IMG/VR virus record: IMGVR_UViG_3300020438_005287
Location: 5,661-69,660 of that record
Reading direction: 5' to 3' (one strand)
From: a virus
Length of the DNA stretch: 64,000 nucleotides
Made by a program: the position numbers and the translations under genes. The notes beneath the pieces are model-generated. The model saw only the letters and a list, made by a program, of their open reading frames with translations. It had not been told where the DNA came from and did not search any database. Below, in pieces: positions 28,142 through 38,700 of this stretch (positions are counted from its first letter, which is position 1; each line of letters starts with the position of its first letter).

Positions 28142-28486
28142 TTAGCTTATGACAAATTCAACAGATCTCTTGCTTCGTAGAACTTTATAATCATTAAGAT
28201 AAGAATTAGTCGCTAATACATATTTTTCAATAATAGAATCAAAAAATTCTTGTAAATCATTTATTTCAATTGGCATATCATTATCGTCTATTAAGACTAT
28301 AGTTTTTTGACACTTTGTCAACATAGCATTACAAAAACTAATTAATTCTTTAGTAATTAAAAATTGTCCACCATTTATATACATCATAGCATCTTGATAA
28401 AACTTTTCTCGTAATGCTCTTTTTTGATTATCAATTGTAACCATAAAATTAGAAAATTCTAAGGCTTTTTCCAATCTTTCATCCAT
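28142..28486 (-). CDS. Hypothetical phage protein (first gene of the enzyme cluster)
   Basis: 114 aa with a strong AAGGAG SD. Confidence 0.8.
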   Translation of the reverse strand: MDERLEKALEFSNFMVTIDNQKRALREKFYQDAMMYINGGQFLITKELISFCNAMLTKCQKTIVLIDDNDMPIEINDLQEFFDSIIEKYVLATNSYLNDYKVLRSKRSVEFVIS

Positions 28487-28548
28487 AAGACTCCTTTATA
28501 TTATATATCAGAAAAATTGGATGTAGGATTATATGTTGATAGGAAAAA

Positions 28549-29550
28549 TTATGATATATTATTGATATTGCAGCTAGGACCTGCAGTGTTTACGTATGAT
28601 CCAGTGGCTCTTGTTTCGCCCATAGTAAGAGTAAGAGATCCGCCTGTTGCAGGGGAAGTTGAATTACTGAACACATACTCATCTATACCATAGCCTCCTG
28701 GTTGATTCAAATCTTGCCATTCAATCTTAAACACTACTTGCGTGGCTGCAGGAGCTTTTGCAGATATAATGTACCTATTATCACTATAATTACTAGTACC
28801 TGCTCTGACATATATCTGCTGATAAGCTGTGGTTAACTGATAATTGCCTTTCGCGGCTTCTGGAGTGCCATTAGTACCCGAACTTTCTGTTCTATTATGG
28901 AAAAAAGTAATAGTCTCGTCTAATTGACTTATCCAATTAGAATATTTAGTGCTAGTAGCAGCATTTGATCCGCCTGCTAAAGCGCTCACAATAGAAATAG
29001 ATCCACCTGCGTTAAAAAAATATCTTCGATAATCTGCACTTTCCCAAGTTAAAGTTACTTCAGTAGACAGATTACCTTTCCAGTCAGTAGTGTGCGCCTT
29101 AGTTCCATTAGTAAGTGTTGCGGCAGTAGCTTGTGCGGCAGAAAGAGTAAATCTTGCATCTCCATCAATATTATCAACTGCTTGCTGATAATCATTAAAA
29201 GTATTTGTTGCATTATCTTCTACAGACGGGTTACCAGCTGTAATAATATTTCCAGTATTAACTTGTGTTAGATTTGATGCTGCTACTCCACTTGTTTGCT
29301 GCATGCCTTTTGCTAGATCATTAACCTGATGATAGGTAATATCATCTAAATCTGTTTTAAGATTATTCAAATGGCTATGATCTATTGTGTCTGTAACCGA
29401 AGTAACCTGTGCACTTGTCACAGTTTGACCATACCCTGTGTTGCCACTGCCTGAGCCTAAAATATTCCCTACCACAGTTTGCAATGCATTATATTGGGCT
29501 GCTGTAATATCTGTTACACTACCCGACGTTACTGTTGACTGAAATGCCAT
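28549..29550 (-). CDS. Virion structural protein (tail-fibre associated)
   Basis: Thr/Ser/Gly/Asn-rich; GYGQT and RYFFNAGG motifs; follows the fibre genes. Confidence 0.65.
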   Translation of the reverse strand: MAFQSTVTSGSVTDITAAQYNALQTVVGNILGSGSGNTGYGQTVTSAQVTSVTDTIDHSHLNNLKTDLDDITYHQVNDLAKGMQQTSGVAASNLTQVNTGNIITAGNPSVEDNATNTFNDYQQAVDNIDGDARFTLSAAQATAATLTNGTKAHTTDWKGNLSTEVTLTWESADYRRYFFNAGGSISIVSALAGGSNAATSTKYSNWISQLDETITFFHNRTESSGTNGTPEAAKGNYQLTTAYQQIYVRAGTSNYSDNRYIISAKAPAATQVVFKIEWQDLNQPGGYGIDEYVFSNSTSPATGGSLTLTMGETRATGSYVNTAGPSCNINNIS

Positions 29551-29564
29551 GTTTTACCTTTATA

Positions 29565-31082
29565 TTATACGACTACTTCTATTAATCTAATACTGTCATC
29601 TTGTATATCTTCTAGAGCTTTGCCTAGCACACAATAAGCAGGTGTTGCTGGACCAGTAGGTACTTCAGCTACTCCTTTTTCTGCCGATGTGACTAATAAA
29701 TCACCTTTACATACAGGTCCTTTTACTTTACAAGGGACTCTGCCACGTAAAGCTATAGGAGTACCGTCAATGCTATCATTCATTAAATATGCAGGATTAG
29801 TAGAAACTACTCCTGCAACTTTTGCATCTAAAAATTTTCCACTGATAGTAACTTCTTCTTGCCCGCCAAATACCATAACTGTACCTGGCTCATAATTATC
29901 ATCTGCTAGATAATTTTCTGCAAGATCAGCATATTGCGCTTTTGTAGAAATTCCGTGGAACATACGTGCAGTAATATCATTTGTAGCATCCCTTATAGCT
30001 ACAGTATTTGCAGAACTGGCTATAGACCCTGTATATGCCGTTGAACCAACTTTAATAGCAGAAGCTTCAGTAGCCAATCCACTGAAAGTTGTAGCATGCA
30101 CTTCATTAAATTTTTCGGAACTACTACCAATATTGATACCGGAATTAGTTGTACCTGGCGTATAAGTAGTATCAGTTGGTGTAATACCATTAGTATGACC
30201 GGGTAAAAGTTCTGTTGCTTTAATTTTAAAGGGCATACTTGTTGCCCCTTGTGCTGTTTTACACTGTAAATATATTACCTGTCCAACAGTATTACTTATC
30301 AAACCCTCATTATCATTAACTATTTTAACGAGTAAATCATTTCCACCGCCAACTGTAAATCCTGCATCAGCAAAAGCTGCTGAACTTGAAAAACTAGGTG
30401 ATGACTTTAACAAATAATCAGCTGCGGCTACTCCGCCTAATTTTTCTGCATTTGTAGCAGTGCCCCACCATCTATCTGTAGATGTTGTGACACCTGTATC
30501 ACTGTTCCTTAGAGTAAGTCCTGCACGTACTGTTGTAAATCCAACATAGGATGATGCATCAGCTGTACCTATAGTAAATGCTATTCTGCTTATAATATGG
30601 ACAACAGCATCATCTACAATAGACACAATAACAGGCCGTGCTACTCCTGCTGTATCTCGTATAGTGCGACTTTGGAATCGTGTGATTGAAGATCCAACTC
30701 CTTGTGGTCCAATTAGTACAAATGCTGTGCCATTGTACGCATATAATTGTTCATTTGTACTATCAAACCAAAAGTCTCCGCTTGTTAATCCTGTAGGTTC
30801 AGTAGTGCCAACTTCAGCTCCGCCTGCAGTCCTCCATTGCGTACCATCATAAAATTTTAATTTATTAATACCGCTATCAAACCATAGTTGTCCACTTATT
30901 GCCTTAGGTGGTTGATTTGCTCCGGCAAAATTTTCTAAAAGAAATACAAAGTTTTCGTTTTGTATTTCGCCATATCCAGCATAATTCTTGCCAACTAATT
31001 TTAAATCAGTAACTTGATCAATAGTTCCATCTTCGACTACTGTTAATTGAGCTGTATTATACCTATTGATTACATATGCCAT
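29565..31082 (-). CDS. Tail fibre/spike protein with C-terminal intramolecular-chaperone (peptidase G2-like) domain
   Basis: Shared N-terminal GKNYAGYGE..NENF..LLENFA domain; C-terminal ADLAENY...PGTV...GVVSTNPAYLMN...ALRGRVPCKV..GDLLVTS. Confidence 0.75.
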   Translation of the reverse strand: MAYVINRYNTAQLTVVEDGTIDQVTDLKLVGKNYAGYGEIQNENFVFLLENFAGANQPPKAISGQLWFDSGINKLKFYDGTQWRTAGGAEVGTTEPTGLTSGDFWFDSTNEQLYAYNGTAFVLIGPQGVGSSITRFQSRTIRDTAGVARPVIVSIVDDAVVHIISRIAFTIGTADASSYVGFTTVRAGLTLRNSDTGVTTSTDRWWGTATNAEKLGGVAAADYLLKSSPSFSSSAAFADAGFTVGGGNDLLVKIVNDNEGLISNTVGQVIYLQCKTAQGATSMPFKIKATELLPGHTNGITPTDTTYTPGTTNSGINIGSSSEKFNEVHATTFSGLATEASAIKVGSTAYTGSIASSANTVAIRDATNDITARMFHGISTKAQYADLAENYLADDNYEPGTVMVFGGQEEVTISGKFLDAKVAGVVSTNPAYLMNDSIDGTPIALRGRVPCKVKGPVCKGDLLVTSAEKGVAEVPTGPATPAYCVLGKALEDIQDDSIRLIEVVV

Positions 31083-31102
31083 TCTTTACCCCTATTATAT
31101 CT

Positions 31103-31110
31103 TATTTATG
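31103..31110 (-). promoter_or_regulatory. Late promoter CATAAATA
   Basis: Intergenic, 20 nt upstream of ATG 31082, followed by an AGGGG SD. Confidence 0.6.
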
Positions 31111-31124
31111 TAAGATATTATCTA

Positions 31125-33053
31125 TTACAGTGTTGCTACAGTGCTGTAATTCCACGTTGAACCATTTCCTGTAAATGTATACAAAAATCTATTTGTCGTT
31201 ACACTTAAAGATGCCGTTTGATTTGCTTGACCTGTATTTACTGCTATATCTTGTACCACACTGGTTGTACCGCCACTTGAGTTACGTACTGTTGCAAAAG
31301 ATTTTTGCAACACCGTTGAATTACCTGTAGAAATATCTAAAGTGAATGTGGCATTAGCAAAAGTTGTAGTTGTAGCAACCACCTTAGCTACAGTGCCATT
31401 AGGTTTTGTGCCTGCAGAAATTATTGATTGTAAAATATCTCTTACACCTGTTGCTGATCCTGCTGGATTTGCAGTATCAGTTATTATCCCAGACGCATCA
31501 AACGATATATATACTGCTTGATTAGCCAATGTATTATCTACATAGTTTTTTGTCGCTACATCTTGAACAGCAATTGGATCTGCTACTGTAGTAATTCGCT
31601 GATTATCGACCACTAATGGTCCTCGTGCAGTAATATTTAAACCTGTACCACTGCCGGTCACTCTTTCTATTGTAGCAGAATCTATTTTTACATAATCAAC
31701 TGTGAGTTCTGTAAGTGTGCCTACACTTGTTAAAGACGAAGATACAACTTGTCCTCCTAGACCTGTTGCAGTTAAAACTGTAGTACCATTAATTTTATAT
31801 TCTGGGTTAGTTATTGTTGTGAGATTAAAATGTTGATTACATGTCCAACTATCTGTAGAATTCACCCATGATAAATCCTTAGATCCTTGACTACTTTTTA
31901 ATGTTAATCCGCCACCGTCTACTGCTGTATCGTCACCTTGCGTGCCAGTGCTTGTATAACCTAATTCAATATTTTTATCTTCTACTCGTAATGTAGTTGT
32001 ATCTAGATAAGTAGTGTTGCCTCCTACTGTAAGATTTCCTACTACATTTACGTCTCCTGTAACATCTAATTTTGGTTGTAGTGTAGAATAATTAATATCT
32101 TTAAAAAGGCTCATCTTGTATTGATCGGTATCTACATTCAACACATTAATTACACTATTACCTACCCGTGTGCGCAAATTAAAATCTGCATTGCTCCTAA
32201 AATTTTCTAAATATGTGTCATTTCCTAGTATACGTAAACCAGCGTAGGTATCTGTGCCTACACCAATAGCTAAACCCTCACTGTTGCGAATAATAATATT
32301 TCCTGTCGTCTCTGCTGTAGCAGTGCGAGGCATAAAATCATTACTTGATTTTTTATTATTAGCATCATCTAGAAGAAATTTTGCATTACTAGCAGTGCCA
32401 CGCCACCAAAATCCATCAGTACCAGTTTCTCCTGCTTGATTAACTATATTAAACCCTTTATACAATCTTTGGCGTTTTGGATTATTAATATCCGATTGGT
32501 CAACACTTAATCCTGTAATTGCAAATTCTGTAGGTATATAAAAAGTCAACGGACTATATATACCTATCAATATACCTCCTAAAAATAATTTTAATATTTG
32601 TCTTTGTATATTAATCGAATCTATCTGTGAAGCAGCTTCAAATGTAGTTTTACCTTGTCCTGCATTATAATTTGGTCCAACTAAGGTAAGATCAGTTCCA
32701 TCAAAAATATATAATTTGTTATTTGAGTTATCAACCCATAAATCACCGGTGGTAAGATTTGTTGGTTGTGAACTTTGAACAAAAGTTCCAGATGCTGATT
32801 TAAATATTGTGCCGTTGAAAACCTTTAATCTTTGATCTTGTTTATCATACCAAACTTGACCTGTGACAGGATTACTAGGTTGAGCAGTTGATGCAAAATT
32901 TTCTAAAAGTTTTACAAAATTTTCATTGACTAATTCACCAAATCCTTGATAATTTTTTCCAATTAGAGTTAAATTCGTGCTAGTTGTATCTATATTTCCA
33001 TCTGTTAAATCAACTAATAATTCACCGTCTGTTCTGTTTATTCTATAACTCAT
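31125..33053 (-). CDS. Tail fibre-like virion protein
   Basis: Same N-terminal LLENFA...GQVWYD domain; beta-rich G/T/N repeats; ATKNYVD motif. Confidence 0.7.
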   Translation of the reverse strand: MSYRINRTDGELLVDLTDGNIDTTSTNLTLIGKNYQGFGELVNENFVKLLENFASTAQPSNPVTGQVWYDKQDQRLKVFNGTIFKSASGTFVQSSQPTNLTTGDLWVDNSNNKLYIFDGTDLTLVGPNYNAGQGKTTFEAASQIDSINIQRQILKLFLGGILIGIYSPLTFYIPTEFAITGLSVDQSDINNPKRQRLYKGFNIVNQAGETGTDGFWWRGTASNAKFLLDDANNKKSSNDFMPRTATAETTGNIIIRNSEGLAIGVGTDTYAGLRILGNDTYLENFRSNADFNLRTRVGNSVINVLNVDTDQYKMSLFKDINYSTLQPKLDVTGDVNVVGNLTVGGNTTYLDTTTLRVEDKNIELGYTSTGTQGDDTAVDGGGLTLKSSQGSKDLSWVNSTDSWTCNQHFNLTTITNPEYKINGTTVLTATGLGGQVVSSSLTSVGTLTELTVDYVKIDSATIERVTGSGTGLNITARGPLVVDNQRITTVADPIAVQDVATKNYVDNTLANQAVYISFDASGIITDTANPAGSATGVRDILQSIISAGTKPNGTVAKVVATTTTFANATFTLDISTGNSTVLQKSFATVRNSSGGTTSVVQDIAVNTGQANQTASLSVTTNRFLYTFTGNGSTWNYSTVATL

Positions 33054-35119
33054 GTTGCTTGTCCGTGATAAATGATATAAGTCAATGCCAAATATGGATT
33101 CATTAAATCTACTGCCTGGCCAATAGTTTCTGACGTATCTATATTTCCGCTGTTTCCTAATCCCCTTGCTTGATCTGCTGCAGTACCTTTATTGAAATTT
33201 ATCAAATTAGCATCATTACCTGGTGTAGCTTCTCTGATTGCATAATGCTGCCCTTCACTGCTTTGTAAATTGTGTTGGTGTTGCGGTAAATTGTTTATAG
33301 ACAATGTACGAGATGCAGATCCACTTGCTGCTCCTAATGTGTTCGCAGCTGATACGGTATTTGCAGGATTTGTAGTATCTCTCATATTATCTAGACCAAG
33401 CGCCATCCTTCCCCTTAAATCAGGTAATGCAAAATATCCTGTGCCATTTACTAACAGATTTTCTGCTTTAAACGTAAATCCAATTAAATTATACAGCAGT
33501 GTATAGTTTGCTATCTGGACTTCACTTCCGTCACACAATAACCATCCTGTAGGCGCTGCAATTGCACCATAAGGTAATATAACCCCTACTGGCATAGTAG
33601 GTACAGCTTTTAATAAATTTTGTACTTGCACTTTCTTTATGCCAGTGCTTAAACTGACTCTATTCAGTAAGATCTCATCATCACCTTGTGTTTCTGTTAC
33701 ACTGGATTTATTTGCAATAAAATCATTACTAACTTGTGTGTTAAATGTGCTTGTACCACCTTGTCCATTAAACACAAGATCTGTGCTTAATGTCATATCG
33801 CCAGCAAATGCAAACGTAGTAGAACTTGCTAGTCTATTAGCAGATCCAGCTACACCTGTGATAGTCCCTGTAACATTTCCTTCAACATCACCGTAAAACT
33901 TTTTTGAGTATACGGAATTATATTTTAATGTAGTTGTACCAATAGTCCCACGTTCATTTCCTCCAGGTACTATTTTTTCAGCTTTTATGTACCTATCAGC
34001 TACATAATCGCCGGCAACAAATCCAACTGTAAGATTATCTCCTACATGCATGTTTTTTGCAACACCCGCTCCGCCACTTACCACTAAGGCACCGGTATTT
34101 ATTGATGTACTGTCTGTTACTCCTTGAACACTTAATTTACCACTTGTAGTATCAGTTGATATAGGAGATAATTTTACATTACCTGTGACATGTAGAGTTT
34201 CATCTGGTGCTACTGTGTTTATTCCTACACGCATTGCACTATCTAAACGCAGTATATTTTTTAGTAAACCATCATTTTTTACTTTAAAATCTATGCTAGA
34301 TCCTGCAATATTGTGTGTTACAGAACCTGCATTACCTTCTATTCCAATATTTAATTCATTATTAATGCCAAAATTTATTCCTGCATTAGTCCGCATGTTC
34401 AAGGCATATGATGATGAGCTGACAGCATCAGCTCTCAAAAAATTACTAGCTGCAACAACTGTGCTTCCAACTATTAAATTTTCGGCTTTTTCTGCAGCGC
34501 CTAGATATTTAAGTGTACCTGCTCCTGCTACATTAGCACTAGTTAAATTATAGCCTGGATTTATTTGAGAAAATCCATCAATTTTAATTTTTGGAATAAA
34601 AGATTGTGTTGATATAATTGCAGCAGGTTTTCCAGAAATATCAATTTGCAACACATTATAATTTACATCATCAGTGCCTGCCAGTACCTTAGGCGTTGCT
34701 CCTGTTAACAATCCTTGGCTAAATTCTGGGCCTATAAGTATCCAACCATTTGCTTCTGTATACAAATACAACTGTGAATTATTACTGTCTACCCAAAGAT
34801 CTCCTGGCTGCGTAATCGTTGGCTGGGTTGCACTTTTTGTAATTGCATTTGCTGCTACCCAGTTAGCACCATTATATACTTTTAATTGTTCTGCACCTCC
34901 TGTGCTGTCATACCATAATTGTCCTTCAACTGGATTTCCAGGTGCAGTAGCACTTGCAAAATTTTCTAAAAGATGTAAAAAGTTTTCTGCAATTGCACTA
35001 CCATAGGCAGTGGTGCTTTTTCCTGGTATTTGTAAAGAAGTATCAGTATTTATAATCCCATCTTCAATGGTAATAAACGCTTTATTTGCATAATCAGTAT
35101 ATTTTATTTGATAAGGCAT
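33050..35119 (-). CDS. Tail fibre protein with phage tail-collar domain
   Basis: N-terminal LLENFA domain; collar motif PVGVILPYG..PTGWLLCDG...LYNLIG...FALPDLRGR; HQH tip; PYLALTYII end. Confidence 0.85.
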   Translation of the reverse strand: MPYQIKYTDYANKAFITIEDGIINTDTSLQIPGKSTTAYGSAIAENFLHLLENFASATAPGNPVEGQLWYDSTGGAEQLKVYNGANWVAANAITKSATQPTITQPGDLWVDSNNSQLYLYTEANGWILIGPEFSQGLLTGATPKVLAGTDDVNYNVLQIDISGKPAAIISTQSFIPKIKIDGFSQINPGYNLTSANVAGAGTLKYLGAAEKAENLIVGSTVVAASNFLRADAVSSSSYALNMRTNAGINFGINNELNIGIEGNAGSVTHNIAGSSIDFKVKNDGLLKNILRLDSAMRVGINTVAPDETLHVTGNVKLSPISTDTTSGKLSVQGVTDSTSINTGALVVSGGAGVAKNMHVGDNLTVGFVAGDYVADRYIKAEKIVPGGNERGTIGTTTLKYNSVYSKKFYGDVEGNVTGTITGVAGSANRLASSTTFAFAGDMTLSTDLVFNGQGGTSTFNTQVSNDFIANKSSVTETQGDDEILLNRVSLSTGIKKVQVQNLLKAVPTMPVGVILPYGAIAAPTGWLLCDGSEVQIANYTLLYNLIGFTFKAENLLVNGTGYFALPDLRGRMALGLDNMRDTTNPANTVSAANTLGAASGSASRTLSINNLPQHQHNLQSSEGQHYAIREATPGNDANLINFNKGTAADQARGLGNSGNIDTSETIGQAVDLMNPYLALTYIIYHGQAT

Positions 35120-35125
35120 ATTTTT

Positions 35126-35737
35126 TTATTCCCCTATACCGGATAAACTTTGCACTCTCACTGTATAATCAATTTGTATTAATCTGTTTAAACTTTTTTG
35201 TACAGGATGAAAAATAACATGTGTTAAAAGATTACCAGCACCTGTAGAACTCCAACTCCTCAAACCTAATTCATCAAAGACATATAAACTTTCTGTATCT
35301 GTTGCTGTATCAAATGCGTCTTGTCCTGACGGTTCTCCATAATCCAACAAGCAAGATACAATCACATCTGTATAGTTAGTACCTGATGTATGCCTTACTT
35401 CTGTCTTATTCCTTACTGGATCATTATTACTAATACTCCTATCATCGATAATTTTTGTATAAGTTTGATTATATAAGCTAGCATTGACTCCAGTATTATT
35501 AGGCGTTAAATAGGTGATAATACCAGTAGGATCAATACTAGTTCCACCATTACCAAAATTAATTTCATGCACCCATCCTTGACCTGCATTCGATAAACTT
35601 TCAGCTAACGCATAACTCATATTTTCATAATGTATAGCATTATGTTTATCTACAAATATATCATTATTACTTGGATCGTAAATTTTTACGTAACCTTGTA
35701 TAAGAATTCCATTTTGATCATAAAGTGTATCGGTCAT
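35126..35737 (-). CDS. Virion structural (baseplate-associated) protein
   Basis: Lies between the giant wedge protein and the fibres; FDELGL...LLTHVIFHPVQKSLNR; has its own late promoter and SD. Confidence 0.65.
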   Translation of the reverse strand: MTDTLYDQNGILIQGYVKIYDPSNNDIFVDKHNAIHYENMSYALAESLSNAGQGWVHEINFGNGGTSIDPTGIITYLTPNNTGVNASLYNQTYTKIIDDRSISNNDPVRNKTEVRHTSGTNYTDVIVSCLLDYGEPSGQDAFDTATDTESLYVFDELGLRSWSSTGAGNLLTHVIFHPVQKSLNRLIQIDYTVRVQSLSGIGE

Positions 35738-35757
35738 ATATTTTTATCCTACTATGT

Positions 35758-35765
35758 TATTTATC
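35758..35765 (-). promoter_or_regulatory. Late promoter GATAAATA
   Basis: Overlaps the TAA of the giant gene, 20 nt upstream of ATG 35737; AGGA SD follows. Confidence 0.6.
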
Positions 35766-38700
35766 TTGGTAAGTCTACCTGTTTACTTTGCAAAAAATTC
35801 ACTATATCACTGTTACTATTACTTAGTGAAACTCCTGTATCACTCCATTGTTTTCCTTGTTTACGAATAACTATAATCTTTTGTCCAGTTTCTGGCGTGT
35901 TCAATAATTGTAATTCATTACTACTAGTAAGTGTAAATTCTGCCGGTAACGTTATGTCACCCTCTGGAGAATCTTGTGATACTGTTTCGGTACTTGTACC
36001 ATAAGATGTACGCAACAATGTATCTAATTGATAAGATTGAATACTGTTTTTACGTAATCGTTTACCTGCAACAAATACTTCAAATCCATTCACGCCCGAT
36101 ACTGGAGTAAAATCTAAACTGTAGATAGATGTGCTTCCATCACCTGTAAAAATAGTAGTTATAGTTTCGTCTTTATATGGCACGGTGTTATTAACAGACT
36201 GATCTATTATTTCTGTACCAGCACTGTGATTATCTTTGATACCTGTACCTAACGTTCCTCTACGTAATTGTTTCAGTAGATTGCCGTCCTTTATAAAATA
36301 TTCTATTCGTTCACCATTTATGAATAAAACACCAGGATATTTAGAATTTTCATTAGGCACTGGTAAGTTTTCATGATTGATTACTTCTATAGATCTATCA
36401 TACCAATTTAAATCTTTTGCTAATGCACAGCCATTTGCTTTTGCCAAAGCTTTGTAATGATTCCGATTCAAAATGTCTTTGAACTGTCTCCAGCCATATT
36501 TGCTCTTTAATTTTGTATTGCTAAAATGTAAAACTTCAAGTGTGTCATTGTCGGTAATTGTTTTTAAAACTTTAATTTGTTGCTTTGACGGTAGGGCATA
36601 ATAATCTACACTAGCATCTAACAATACTCCATTCAAGATTACCCAAACATATTGATCATCAATTACAGGATACTCTAATGGTATAATCCCATTTCTTATT
36701 TGCCGAAATTCATACCAATCAGCTGTTGTACTATCATAAGCAAAATCAGCATCTATTTCTGCTATTTCAATATAATCATTATCTACGACAGTAATGCCAA
36801 GATTATTTAAATTTATTATTTTTGTCCCATTACCGATTATGGTATTAATAATTGCATTGTTGTTAAGTTGATATGCAGTACCGTAATTTGGATCATCTAA
36901 ACGAATATTATTCTTAAAAATTGCATATTTCCTATTTCCAATTAATTCAAAATCTAAATTAATTACAGCAGTTGATCCATCCATAATATGTGTACTGGTA
37001 TTTACAAATGTGCCAGGTGTTAATTCTGTTCTTTCTTTTATGTCAAAACTTTGTCTGTCTAATCTCTGACTATCGTTATTACTAAATTGATATACAGTGA
37101 TTTTATCATTTGTGGATAACGAAGTGCTTACATGCAGTATTCCGGGAGTTTTTATAAATGTTCCATCTGCTTCAAAATACCCAAATCTATAATCACCTCC
37201 TGAAGGTGTACTATCATCTAAACCATTTATGTATATTTTTAATTTATCTCCTACGTCTCCAACACCTACATTCAAAGTAATAGTACTTCCTGATTGACTA
37301 TCATCAGCAAGCAATGGATTATATTCTGAACTACCTTGGAAGGTCCAATCGTCTAAATAATTTATTTCTTTGTTATTCAAAAATACACGTAATTGATTAT
37401 TATTCACTGACTGTTCTGCGACTTGATGTAACTTTAATCTGTACTGCCGTACTTCAGTTAATGTAAAAGTTTCTACATATCCAGCATTAAGAATTTTATT
37501 ATTTACTTTAACAAGTATTTGCCATTCATCTGGCTCAACTGTAAATGGATTTTGACTTAAACTAAACTGTGAAGAATCAGTATAAGTAAAATTATCAATA
37601 GCAACGATGCTATAATCTTTGATGGTGCCATCAAATAAAGCAAATTTTACAATTTTTCCTTGCTGTGGAGGATTTCCTACATTTATAACTACATTATCTT
37701 GCCTATCAAAACTACTGTCATCTGACTTTCTAATTGTATGATCTACAATTTTTCCATCAATAGTTACTAACCCTGTGACAGCATCTGAATAACGAATGTT
37801 TGTTAAAAATGAACTTGTGTTTCCGTCTGCTACAAATTTATCAATATCCAGGAATTTAATACCACTGTATCCTAAGGTAGTGATGTTAATCTTTGAACCA
37901 TTACTAGGAGCAAGAATAAAAGTTAATGTGTTTTTACTATGATCAAAAGTAAATTGATCTGTTATAACATTGTCAATTTTTACGATTATATTTTTTTCGT
38001 AAAATAAATCATTTATTAAGAATGTTTTAGTTGTGCCATCACCAGAGAAATTATGTGTGATAATTTCACTACACCCGCCAGTTGGTCTCTCAAAAACCTG
38101 TATATCTAATGTATCCTGCACTTGTCCAGGTACTACTTCTTCTGGCCCTTTACAATTAACAGGAGTAATAAACCCTTCCCCATCTACCACAATATCTTCA
38201 GCTGCTACACCAGTTGCATTACTGTAATTTAAAGCGCCACCAGATAATATAGTATCATAATCAATGTTTGTTGGCAAAAAGCTACCGTCACTGGTATTTT
38301 TTCTCACAATAATTGTGTCATTAGGCACTGTTATTATGCCTAATTGTTCTAAATTAACAACAGTAGTAGTGCCATCTCCAGTAATACTCTTCATAATTGC
38401 ATTAGGATTAGAAACAACACTAGAACTATCTACCCAAGCTGGATCATCTAATCTTATGCCATTTTTGTATAAATGATACTCAACTGTGCTTTCTAACGCA
38501 CTACTAAGGGTAATGGTTTTATTATAAAATAAAGTACCATTTATATTTGTACCAGTTAATATAGCTGCTGCAGAAAGTGTTATTTCAAAGTTAGGTCCTG
38601 TTGAACCTATGGAATTTACAAATGTATTAGAAGGAATTCCACTTGCGGTTACTAATGCACCAATAACGAAATAAGATTTATTTTGGGTAGTAATTATATT

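Noticed and set aside
1-28486. Host chromosomal LPS/capsule locus joined to a prophage
   Set aside because: There is no integrase, att site, flippase, polymerase or transporter. The genes continue seamlessly from the virion operon and carry phage late-promoter boxes.
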